Assembly (NCBI GenBank): GCA_964016885.1
Contig: OZ024743.1
Coordinates: forward strand, 130,572,001 to 130,636,000
Length of the DNA stretch: 64,000 nucleotides
Direction: 5' to 3'
Source of the DNA: Eledone cirrhosa
Taxonomy: Eukaryota
Shown here: piece by piece, positions 49,301 through 60,660 of the stretch
How the letters are laid out: each line of letters opens with the position of its first letter
Numbering within the stretch: the stretch's first letter is position 1
Made by a program: the position numbers and the translations under genes
Notes under the pieces: generated by a model
What the model was told of the DNA's origin: nothing
The model's database searches: none
The model's input: the letters and a program-made list of their open reading frames with translations, nothing else

Positions 49301-52300
49301 TTGGTGCTTGGTGCTTGGTGTTTGGTGTTTGGTGCTTGCTGCTTGCTGCTTGGTGTTTGGTGCTTGGTGATTGGTGCTTGGTGTTTTATGCTTGGTGCTT
49401 GGTGTTTGGTGTTTGGTGCTAGGGACTTGGTGCTTGATGCTTGATGTTTGGTGCTTGGTGCTTGCTGTTTGGTGTTTGGTGCTTGGTGCGTGGGACTTAG
49501 TGTTTGGTGTTTGGTGCTTGGTGTTTTGTGCTTGGTGTTTGGTGCTTGGTGCTTGGTGTTTGGTGTTTGGTGCTTGGTGCTTGGGGCTTGGTGTTTGGTG
49601 CTTACTGTTTGGTGCTTGGTGTTTGGTGCTTGGTGCTTGGTGCTTGGTGTTTGGTGTATGGTGTTTGGTGCTTGTTGTTTGGTGCTTGGTGCTTGGTGAT
49701 TAGTGTTTGGTGCTTGGTGCTTGCGGTTTGGTGTTTGGTGCTTGGGGTTTGGTGTTTGGTGCTTGGTGCTTGGTGCTTGGTCTTTGGTGCTTGGTGTTTG
49801 GTGTTTGGTGCTTGGTGCTTGGTGTTTGGCGCTTGGTGCTTGGTGCTTGGTGTTTGGTGCTTGGTGCTTGGTGCTTGGTGATTAGTGTTTGGTGCTTGGT
49901 GCTTGGTGCCTGGTGCTTGGTGCTTGGTGCTTGTTGTTTGGTGCTTGGTGCTTGGTGATTAGTGTTTGGTGCTTGGTGCTTGGGGTTTGGTGTTTGGTGC
50001 TTGGGGTTTGGTGTTTGGTGCTTGGTGCATGGTGTTTGGTGCTTGGTGCTTGGTGTTTGGTGCTTGGTGCTTTGTGTTTGGTGCTTGGTGTTTGGTGCTT
50101 GGTGCTTGGTGCTTGGTGCTTGGTGTTAGGTGTTTGGTGCTTGGTGATTGGTGTTTGATGTTAGGTTCTTGGTGCTTGGTGTTTGGTGTTTGGTGCTTGG
50201 TGCTTGGTGTTTGGTGTTTGGTGCTTGCTGCTTGGTGCTTGGTGTTTTGTGTTTGGAGTTTGGTGCTTGGTGTTTGGTGCTTGGTGCTTGGTGTTTGGTG
50301 TTTGGTGCCTGGTGCTTGGTGTTTGGTGCTTGGTGTTTGGTGTTTGGTGATTGGTGCTTGGTGTTTGGTGCTTGGTGCATGGTGCTTGGTGCTTGGTGTT
50401 AGGCGTTTGGTGCTTGGTGCTTGGTGTTTGATGTTTGGTCCTTGGTGCTTGGTGTTTGGTATTTGGTGCTTGGTGCTTGGTGTTTGGTGTTTGGTGCTTG
50501 CTGCTTGCTGCTTGGTGTTTGGTGCTAGGGGCTTGGTGCTTGGTGTTTGATGTTTGGTCCTTGGTGCTTGGTGTTTGGTATTTGGTGCTTGGTGCTTGGT
50601 GTTTGGTGTTTGGTGCTTGCTGCTTGCTGCTTGGTGTTTGGTGCTAGGGGCTTGGTGTTTGGTGCTTGGTGTTTGGTGCTTGGTGTTTGGTGCTTGGTGC
50701 CTGGTGCTTGGTGTTTGGTGTTTGGTGCTTGGTGTTTGGTGCTTGGTGTTTGGTACTTGGTGTTCGGTGCTTGGTGCTTGGTGCTTGGTGTTTGGTGTTT
50801 GGTGCTTGGTGCTTGGTGCTTGGTGTTTGATGTTTGGTCCTTGGTACTTGGTGTTTGGTGTTGTGTGCTTGGTGCTTGGTGCTTGGTGTTTGGTTCTTGG
50901 TGCTTGGTGCTTGGTGTTTGGCGTTTGCTGTTTGTTGTTTGGTGTTTGGTGTTTGCTGTTTGGTGTTTGCTGTTTGGTGTTTGGTGTTTGGTGCTTGCTG
51001 TTTGGTGCTTGGTGCTTGGTGTTTGGTGTTTGGTGCTTGGTGTTTGGTGCTTGGTGCTTGGTGCTGGGTGTTTGGTGCTTGGTGCTTGGTGTTTGGTGTT
51101 TGGTGCTTGGTGCTTGGTGCTTGGTGTTTGGTCCTTGGTGCTTGGTGCTTGGTGTTTGGTGCTTGGGTTTTGGTGTTTGGTGCTTGGTGCTTGGTGTTTG
51201 GTGCTTGGTGCTTGGTGCTTGGTGTTTGGTGCTTGCTGCTTGGTGCTTGGTGTTTGGTGCTTGGTGCTTGGTGATTAGTGTTTGGTGATTGGTGCTTGGG
51301 GTTTGGTGTTTGGGGCTTGGTGTTTGGTGCTTGGTGCTTGCTGTTTGGTGTTTGGTGTTTGGTTCTTGGTGCTTGGTGTTTGGTGTTTGGTGTTTGGTGC
51401 TTGGTGCTTGGTGCTTGGTGTTTGGTGCTTGGTGCTTGGTGCTTGGTGTTTGGTGCTGCGGGCTTGGTGTTTGGTGTTTGGTGCTTGGTGCCTGGTGCTT
51501 GTTGTTTGGTGTTTGGTGCTTAGTGCTTGGTGTTTGGTGTTTGGTGCTTGGTGCTTGGTGGCTGGTGTTTGGTGCTTGGTGTTTGGAGTTCGGTGCTTGG
51601 TGCTTGGTGCCTGGTGTTTCGTGCTTGGTGCTTGGTGCTTGGTGTTTGGTGTTTGGTGCTTGGTGTTTGGTGTTTGGTACTTGGTGCTTGGTGCTTGGTG
51701 CTTGGTGTTTGGTGCTTGGTGTTTGATGCTGCGTGCTTGGTGTTTGGTGTTTGGTGCTTGGTGCTTGGTGTTTGGTGTTTGGAGCTTGGTGCCTGGTGCT
51801 TGTTGTTTGGTGTTTGGCGCTTGGTGCTTGGTGTTTGGTGTTTGGTGCATGGTGCTTGGTGCTTGGTATCTGGTGTTTGGTGCTTGATGTTTGGTGTTTG
51901 GTGCTTGGTGTTTGGTGTTTGGTGCTTGGTGCTTGGTGCTTGGTGTTTGGTGCTGCGTGCTTGGTGTTTGGTGTTTGGTGCTTGGTGCCTGGGGCTTGTT
52001 GTTTGGTGTTTGGTGCTTAGTGCTTGGTGTTTGGTGTTTGGTGCTTGGTGCTTAGTGGCTGGTGCTTGGTGCTTGGTGTTTGGAGTTTGGTGCTTGGTGC
52101 TTGGTGTCTGGTGTTTCGTGCTTGGTGCTTGGTGCTTGGTGTTTGGTGTTTGGTGCTTGGTGTTTGGTGCTTGGTGTTTGGTGCTTGGTTCTTGGTGCTT
52201 GGTGTTAGGTGTTTGGTGCTTGTTGCTTGGTGTTTGATGTTTGGTCCTTGGTGCTTGTTTTTTGGTGTTTGGTGCTTGGTGCTTGGTGTTTGGTGTTTGG

Positions 52301-55300
52301 TGCTTGCTGCTTGCTGCTTGGTGTTTGGTGCTTGGTGATTGGTGCTTGGTGTTTTATGCTTGGTGCTTGGTGTTTGGTGTTTGGTGCTAGGGACTTGGTG
52401 CTTGATGCTTGATGTTTGGTGCTTGGTGCTTGCTGTTTGGTGTTTGGTGCTTGGTGCGTGGGACTTAGTGTTTGGTGTTTGGTGCTTGGTGTTTTGTGCT
52501 TGGTGTTTGGTGCTTGGTGCTTGGTGTTTGGTGTTTGGTGCTTGGTGCTTGGGGCTTGGTGTTTGGTGCTTACTGTTTGGTGCTTGTTGTTTGGTGCTTG
52601 GTGCTTGGTGATTAGTGTTTGGTGCTTGGTGCTTGCGGTTTGGTGTTTGGTGCTTGGGGTTTGGTGTTTGGTGCTTGGTGCTTGGTGCTTGGTCTTTGGT
52701 GCTTGGTGTTTGGTGTTTGGTGCTTGGTGCTTGGTGTTTGGCGCTTGGTGCTTGGTGCTTGGTCTTTGGTGCTTGGTGCTTGGTGCTTGGTGATTAGTGT
52801 TTGGTGCTTGGTGCTTGGTGCCTGGTGCTTGGTGCTTGGTGCTTGTTGTTTGGTGCTTGGTGCTTGGTGATTAGTGTTTGGTGCTTGGTGCTTGGGGTTT
52901 GGTGTTTGGTGCTTGGGGTTTGGTGCTTGGTGTTTGGTGCTTGGTGCTTGGTGCTGGGTGGTTGGTGTTTGGTGTTTTGTGCTTGGTGTTTGGTGCTTAT
53001 TGTTTGGTGCTTGGTGCTTGGTGCTTGGTGCTTGGTCTTTGGTGCTTGGTGTTTGGTGTTTGGTACTTGGGGCCTGGTGTTTGGCGCTTGGTGCTTGGTG
53101 CTTGGTGTTTGGTGCTTGGTGTTTGGTGCTTGGTGATTAGTGTTTGGTGCTTGGTGCTTGGTGCCTGGTGCTTGGTGCTTGGTGCTTGATGTTTGGTGCT
53201 TGGTGCTTGGTGATTAGTGTTTGGTGCTTGGTGCTTTGGGTTTGGTGTTTGGTGCTTGGGGTTTGGTGTTTGGTGCTTGGTGCTTGGTGTTTGGTGCTTG
53301 GTGCTTGGTGTTTGGTGCTTGGAGCTTTGTGTTTGGTGCTTGGTGTTTGGTGCTTGGTGCTTGGTGCTTGGTTCTTGGTGTTAGGTGTTTGGTGCTTGGT
53401 GATTGGTGTTTGATGTTAGGTTCTTGGTGCTTGGTGTTTGGTGTTTGGTGCTTGGTGCTTGGTGTTTGGTGCTTGGTGCTTGCTGCTTGGTGCTTGGTGT
53501 TTTGTGTTTGCAGTTTGGTGCTTGGTGTTTGGTGCTTCGGTCTTGGTGTTTGGTGTTTGGTGCTTGGTGCCTGGGGCTTGTTGTTTGGTGTTTGGTGCTT
53601 AGTGCTTGGTGTTTGGTGTTTGGTGCTTGGTGCTTGGTGGCTGGTGCTTGGTGCTTGGTGTTTGCAGTTTGGTGCTTGGTGCTTGGTGCCTGGTGTTTCG
53701 TGCTTGGTGCTTGGTGCTTGGTGTTTGGTGTTTGGTGCTTGGTGTTTGGTGTTTGGTACTTGGTGCTTGGTGCTTGGTGTTTGGTGCTTGGTGTTTGGTG
53801 CTTGGTGCTTGGTGCTTGGTGCTTGGTGTTTGATGTTTGGTCCTTGGTGCTTGTTGTTTGGTGTTTGGTGCTTCGTGCTTGGTGTTTGGTGTTTGGTGCT
53901 TGCTGCTTGCTGCTTGGTGTTTGGTGCTTGGTGATTGGTGCTTGGTGTTTTGTGCTTGGTGCTTGGTGTTTGGTGTTTGCTGCTAGGGGCTTGGTGCTTG
54001 ATGCTTGGTGTGTGGTGCTTGGTGCTTGCTGTTTGGTGTTTGGTGCTTGGTGCGTGGGACTTAGTGTTTGGTGTTTGGTGCTTGGTGTTTGGTGCTTGGT
54101 GTTTGGTGCTTGGTGCTTGGTGTTTGGTGTTTGGTGCTTGGTGCTTGGGGCTTGGTGTTTGGTGCTTAGTGTTTGGTGCTTGGTGTTTGGTGCGTGGTGC
54201 TTGGTGCCTGGTGTTTGGTGTTTGGTGTTTGGTGCTTGGTGTTTGGTGCTTGGTGCTTGGTGCTGGGTGGTTGGTGTTTGGTGTTTGGTGCTTGGTGCTT
54301 GGTGCTTATTGTTTGGTGCTTGGTGCTTGGTGCTTGGTGCTTGGTCTTTGGTGCTTGGTGTTTGGTGTTTGATGCTTGGTGCCTGGTGTTTGGCGCTTGG
54401 TGCTTGGTGCTTGGTGTTTGGTGCTTGGTGTTTGGTGCTTGGTGATTAGTGTTTGGTGCTTGGTGCTTGGTGCCTGGTGCTTGGTGCTTGGTGCTTGATG
54501 TTTGGTGCTTGGTGCTTGGTGATTAGTGTTTGGTGCTTGGTGCTTGGTGTTTGGTGCTTGGTGCTTGGTGTTTGGTGCTTGGTGCTTTGTGTTTGGTGCT
54601 TGGTGTTTGGTGCTTGGTGCTTGGTGCTTGGTGCTTGGTGTTAGGTGTTTGGTGCTTGATGATTGGTGTTTGATGTTAGGTTCTTGGTGATTGGTGTTTG
54701 GTGTTTGGTGCTTGGTGCTTGGTGTTTGGTGTTTGGTGCTTGCTGCTTGGTGCTTGGTGTTTTGTGTTTGGATTTTGGTGCTTGGTGTTTGGTGCTTCGG
54801 TCTTGGTGTTTGGTGTTTGGTGCTTGGTGCTTGGTGTTTGGTGTTTGGTGCCTGGTGCTTGGTGTTCGGTGCTTGGTGTTTGGTGTTTGGTGATTGGTGC
54901 TTGTTGTTTGGTGCTTGGTGCTTGGTGCTTGGTGCTTGGTGTTAGGCGTTTGGTCCTTGGTGCTTGGTGTTTGTTGTTTGGTCCATTGTGCTTGGTGTTT
55001 GGTATTTTGTGCTTGGTGCTTGGTGTTTGGTGTTTGGTGCTTGGTGCTTGGTGTTTGGTGTTTGGTGCTTGCTGCTTGCTGCTTGGTGTTTGGTGCTAGG
55101 GGCTTGGTGCTTGGTGTTTCGTGTTTGGTGCTTGGTGCTTGGTGTTTGGTGTTTGGTGCTTGGTGCGTGGGACTTGGTGTTTGGTGCTTGGTGTTTGGTG
55201 CTTGGTGTTTGGTGCTTGGTGCCTGGTGCTTGGTGTTTGGTGTTTGGTGCTTGGTGTTTGGTGCTTGTTGTTTGGTGCTTGGTGTTCAGTGCTTGGTGCT

Positions 55301-58300
55301 TGGTGCTTGGTGCTTGGTGTTTGGTGTTTGGTGCTTGGTGCTTGGTGTTTGATGTTTGGTCCTTGGTGCTTGGTGTTTGGTGTTGTGTGCTTGGTGCTTG
55401 GTGTTTGGCGTTTGCTGTTTGCTGTTTGGTGGTTGGTGTTTGCTGTTTGGTGTTTGCTGTTTGGTGTTTGGTGTTTGGTGCTTGCTGTTTGGTGCTTGGT
55501 GCTTGGTGTTTGGTGTTTGGTGCTTGGTGTTTGGTGCTTGGTGCTTGGTGCTGGGTGTTTGGTGCTTGGTGCTTGGTGTTTGGTGCTTGGTGCTTGGTGC
55601 TTGGTGTTTGGTCCTTGGTGCTTGGTGCTTGGTCTTTGGTGCTTGGGTTTTGGTGTTTGGTGCTTGGTGCTTGGTGTTTGGTGCTTGGTGCTTGGTGCTT
55701 GGTGTTTGGTGCTTGCTGCTTGGTGCTTGGTGTTTGGTGCTTGGTGCTTGGTGATTAGTGTTTGGTGATTGGTGCTTGGGGTTTGGTGTTTGGGGCTTGG
55801 TGTTTGGTGCTTGGTGCTTGCTGTTTGGTGTTTGGTGTTTGGTTCTTGGTGCTTGGTGTTTGGTATTTGGTGTTTGGTGCTTGGTGCTTGGTGCTTGGTG
55901 TTTGGTGTTTGGTGCTTGGTGCTTGGTGTTTGGTGCTGCGTGCTTGGTGTTTGGTGTTTGGTGCTTGGTGCCTGGGGCTTGTTGTTTGGTGTTTGGTGCT
56001 TAGTGCTTGGTGTTTGGTGTTTGGTGCTTGGTGCTTGGTGGCTGGTGCTTGGTGCTTGGTGTTTGGAGTTTGGTGCTTGGTGCTTGGTGTCTGGTGTTTC
56101 GTGCTTGGTGCTTGGTGCTTGGTGTTTGGTGTTTGGTGCTTGGTGTTTGGTGCTTGGTGTTTGGTGCTTGGTTCTTGGTGCTTGGTGTTAGGTGTTTGGT
56201 GCTTGGTGCTTGGTGTTTGATGTTTGGTCCTTGGTGCTTGTTGTTTGGTGTTTGGTGCTTGGTGCTTGGTGTTTGGTGTTTGGTGCTTGCTGCTTGCTGC
56301 TTGGTGTTTGGTGCTTGGTGATTGGTGCTTGGTGTTTTATGCTTGGTGCTTGGTGTTTGGTGTTTGGTGCTAGGGGCTTGGTGCTTGATGCTTGATGTTT
56401 GGTGCTTGGTGCGTGCTGTTTGGTGTTTGGTGCTTGGTGCGTGGGACTTAGTGTTTGGTGTTTGGTGCTTGGTGTTTTGTGCTTGGTGTTTGGTGCTTGG
56501 TGCTTGGTGTTTGGTGTTTGGTGCTTGGTGCTTGGGGCTTGGTGTTTGGTGCTTAGTGTTTGGTGCTTGGTGTTTGGTGCTTGGTGTTTGGTGCTTGGTG
56601 CTTGGTGCTTGGTGTTTGGTGTATGGTGTTTGGTGCTTGTTGTTTGGTGCTTGGTGCTTGGTGATTAGTGTTTGGTGCTTGGTGCTTGCGGTTTGGTGTT
56701 TGGTGCTTGGGGTTTGGTGTTTGGTGCTTGGTGCTTGGTGCTTGGTCTTTGGTGCTTGGTGTTTGGTGTTTGGTGCTTGGTGCTTGGTGTTTGGTGTTTG
56801 GTGCTTGCTGCTTGCTGCTTGGTGTTTGGTGCTAGGGGCTTGGTGCTTGGTGTTTCGTGTTTGGTGCTTGGTGCTTGGTGTTTGGTGTTTGGTGCTTGGT
56901 GCGTGGGACTTGGTGTTTGGTGCTTGGTGTTTGGTGCTTGGTGTTTGGTGCTTGGTGCCTGGTGCTTGGTGTTTGGTGTTTGGTGCTTGGTGTTTGGTGC
57001 TTGTTGTTTGGTGCTTGGTGTTCGGTGCTTGGTGCTTGGTGCTTGGTGCTTGGTGTTTGGTGTTTGGTGCTTGGTGCTTGGTGTTTGATGTTTGGTCCTT
57101 GGTGCTTGGTGTTTGGTGTTGTGTGCTTGGTGCTTGGTGCTTGGTGTTTGGTGCTTGGTGCTTGGTGCATGGTGTTTGGCGTTTGCTGTTTGCTGTTTGG
57201 TGGTTGGTGTTTGCTGTTTGGTGTTTGCTGTTTGGTGTTTGGTGTTTGGTGCTTGCTGTTTGGTGCTTGGTGCTTGGTGTTTGGTGTTTGGTGCTTGGTG
57301 TTTGGTGCTTGGTGCTTGGTGCTGGGTGTTTGGTGCTTGGTGCTTGGTGTTTGGTGCTTGGTGCTTGGTGCTTGGTGTTTGGTCCTTGGTGCTTGGTGCT
57401 TGGTGTTTGGTGCTTGCTGCTTGGTGCTTGGTGTTTGGTGCTTGGTGCTTGGTGATTAGTGTTTGGTGATTGGTGCTTGGGGTTTGGTGTTTGGGGCTTG
57501 GTGCTTGGTGCTTGGTCTTTGGTGCTTGGTGTTTGGTGTTTGGTGCTTGGTGCTTGGTGTTTGGCGCTTGGTGCTTGGTGCTTGGTGTTTGGTGCTTGGT
57601 GCTTGGTGCTTGGTGATTAGTGTTTGGTGCTTGGTGCTTGGTGCCTGGTGCTTGGTGCTTGGTGCTTGTTGTTTGGTGCTTGGTGCTTGGTGATTAGTGT
57701 TTGGTGCTTGGTGCTTGGGGTTTGGTGTTTGGTGCTTGGGGTTTGGTGTTTGGTGCTTGGTGCATGGTGTTTGGTGCTTGGTGCTTGGTGTTTGGTGCTT
57801 GGTGCTTTGTGTTTGGTGCTTGGTGTTTGGTGCTTGGTGCTTGGTGCTTGGTGCTTGGTGTTAGGTGTTTGGTGCTTGGTGATTGGTGTTTGATGTTAGG
57901 TTCTTGGTGCTTGGTGTTTGGTGTTTGGTGCTTGGTGCTTGGTGTTTGGTGTTTGGTGCTTGCTGCTTGGTGCTTGGTGTTTTGTGTTTGGAGTTTGGTG
58001 CTTGGTGTTTGGTGCTTGGTGCTTGGTGTTTGGTGTTTGGTGCCTGGTGCTTGGTGTTTGGTGCTTGGTGTTTGGTGTTTGGTGATTGGTGCTTGGTGTT
58101 TGGTGCTTGGTGCATGGTGCTTGGTGCTTGGTGTTAGGCGTTTGGTGCTTGGTGCTTGGTGTTTGATGTTTGGTCCTTGGTGCTTGGTGTTTGGTATTTG
58201 GTGCTTGGTGCTTGGTGTTTGGTGTTTGGTGCTTGCTGCTTGCTGCTTGGTGTTTGGTGCTAGGGGCTTGGTGCTTGGTGTTTGATGTTTGGTCCTTGGT

Positions 58301-60660
58301 GCTTGGTGTTTGGTATTTGGTGCTTGGTGCTTGGTGTTTGGTGTTTGGTGCTTGCTGCTTGCTGCTTGGTGTTTGGTGCTAGGGGCTTGGTGTTTGGTGC
58401 TTGGTGTTTGGTGCTTGGTGTTTGGTGCTTGGTGCCTGGTGCTTGGTGTTTGGTGTTTGGTGCTTGGTGTTTGGTGCTTGGTGTTTGGTACTTGGTGTTC
58501 GGTGCTTGGTGCTTGGTGCTTGGTGTTTGGTGTTTGGTGCTTGGTGCTTGGTGCTTGGTGTTTGATGTTTGGTCCTTGGTACTTGGTGTTTGGTGTTGTG
58601 TGCTTGGTGCTTGGTGCTTGGTGTTTGGTTCTTGGTGCTTGGTGCTTGGTGTTTGGCGTTTGCTGTTTGTTGTTTGGTGTTTGGTGTTTGCTGTTTGGTG
58701 TTTGCTGTTTGGTGTTTGGTGTTTGGTGCTTGCTGTTTGGTGCTTGGTGCTTGGTGTTTGGTGTTTGGTGCTTGGTGTTTGGTGCTTGGTGCTTGGTGCT
58801 GGGTGTTTGGTGCTTGGTGCTTGGTGTTTGGTGTTTGGTGCTTGGTGCTTGGTGCTTGGTGTTTGGTCCTTGGTGCTTGGTGCTTGGTGTTTGGTGCTTG
58901 GGTTTTGGTGTTTGGTGCTTGGTGCTTGGTGTTTGGTGCTTGGTGCTTGGTGCTTGGTGTTTGGTGCTTGCTGCTTGGTGCTTGGTGTTTGGTGCTTGGT
59001 GCTTGGTGATTAGTGTTTGGTGATTGGTGCTTGGGGTTTGGTGTTTGGGGCTTGGTGTTTGGTGCTTGGTGCTTGCTGTTTGGTGTTTGGTGTTTGGTTC
59101 TTGGTGCTTGGTGTTTGGTGTTTGGTGTTTGGTGCTTGGTGCTTGGTGCTTGGTGTTTGGTGCTTGGTGCTTGGTGCTTGGTGTTTGGTGCTGCGGGCTT
59201 GGTGTTTGGTGTTTGGTGCTTGGTGCCTGGTGCTTGTTGTTTGGTGTTTGGTGCTTAGTGCTTGGTGTTTGGTGTTTGGTGCTTGGTGCTTGGTGGCTGG
59301 TGTTTGGTGCTTGGTGTTTGGAGTTCGGTGCTTGGTGCTTGGTGCCTGGTGTTTCGTGCTTGGTGCTTGGTGCTTGGTGTTTGGTGTTTGGTGCTTGGTG
59401 TTTGGTGTTTGGTACTTGGTGCTTGGTGCTTGGTGCTTGGTGTTTGGTGCTTGGTGTTTGATGCTGCGTGCTTGGTGTTTGGTGTTTGGTGCTTGGTGCT
59501 TGGTGTTTGGTGTTTGGAGCTTGGTGCCTGGTGCTTGTTGTTTGGTGTTTGGCGCTTGGTGCTTGGTGTTTGGTGTTTGGTGCATGGTGCTTGGTGCTTG
59601 GTATCTGGTGTTTGGTGCTTGATGTTTGGTGTTTGGTGCTTGGTGTTTGGTGTTTGGTGCTTGGTGCTTGGTGCTTGGTGTTTGGTGCTGCGTGCTTGGT
59701 GTTTGGTGTTTGGTGCTTGGTGCCTGGGGCTTGTTGTTTGGTGTTTGGTGCTTAGTGCTTGGTGTTTGGTGTTTGGTGCTTGGTGCTTAGTGGCTGGTGC
59801 TTGGTGCTTGGTGTTTGGAGTTTGGTGCTTGGTGCTTGGTGTCTGGTGTTTCGTGCTTGGTGCTTGGTGCTTGGTGTTTGGTGTTTGGTGCTTGGTGTTT
59901 GGTGCTTGGTGTTTGGTGCTTGGTTCTTGGTGCTTGGTGTTAGGTGTTTGGTGCTTGTTGCTTGGTGTTTGATGTTTGGTCCTTGGTGCTTGTTGTTTGG
60001 TGTTTGGTGCTTGGTGCTTGGTGTTTGGTGTTTGGTGCTTGCTGCTTGCTGCTTGGTGTTTGGTGCTTGGTGATTGGTGCTTGGTGTTTTATGCTTGGTG
60101 CTTGGTGTTTGGTGTTTGGTGCTAGGGACTTGGTGCTTGATGCTTGATGTTTGGTGCTTGGTGCTTGCTGTTTGGTGTTTGGTGCTTGGTGCGTGGGACT
60201 TAGTGTTTGGTGTTTGGTGCTTGGTGTTTTGTGCTTGGTGTTTGGTGCTTGGTGCTTGGTGTTTGGTGTTTGGTGCTTGGTGCTTGGGGCTTGGTGTTTG
60301 GTGCTTACTGTTTGGTGCTTGTTGTTTGGTGCTTGGTGCTTGGTGATTAGTGTTTGGTGCTTGGTGCTTGCGGTTTGGTGTTTGGTGCTTGGGGTTTGGT
60401 GTTTGGTGCTTGGTGCTTGGTGCTTGGTCTTTGGTGCTTGGTGTTTGGTGTTTGGTGCTTGGTGCTTGGTGTTTGGCGCTTGGTGCTTGGTGCTTGGTGT
60501 TTGGTGCTTGGTGCTTGGTGCTTGGTGATTAGTGTTTGGTGCTTGGTGCTTGGTGCCTGGTGCTTGGTGCTTGGTGCTTGTTGTTTGGTGCTTGGTGCTT
60601 GGTGATTAGTGTTTGGTGCTTGGTGCTTGGGGTTTGGTGTTTGGTGCTTGGGGTTTGGTG
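44268..60660 (+). repeat. Tandem higher-order duplication of an 8652-bp unit (44268-52919 / 52920-60660); second copy lacks 917 bp
   Basis: ORF pairs 44492/53144 to 48440/57092 have offset 8652 (1236x7). Pairs 49889/57624 to 52619/60354 have offset 7735 (1105x7). Confidence 0.92.
46380..49830 (+). repeat. Tandem higher-order duplication, ~1.7-kb unit x2
   Basis: ORF pairs 46469/48205 (1736) and 47106/48807, 47355/49056, 47540/49241 (1701 = 243x7). Confidence 0.8.
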
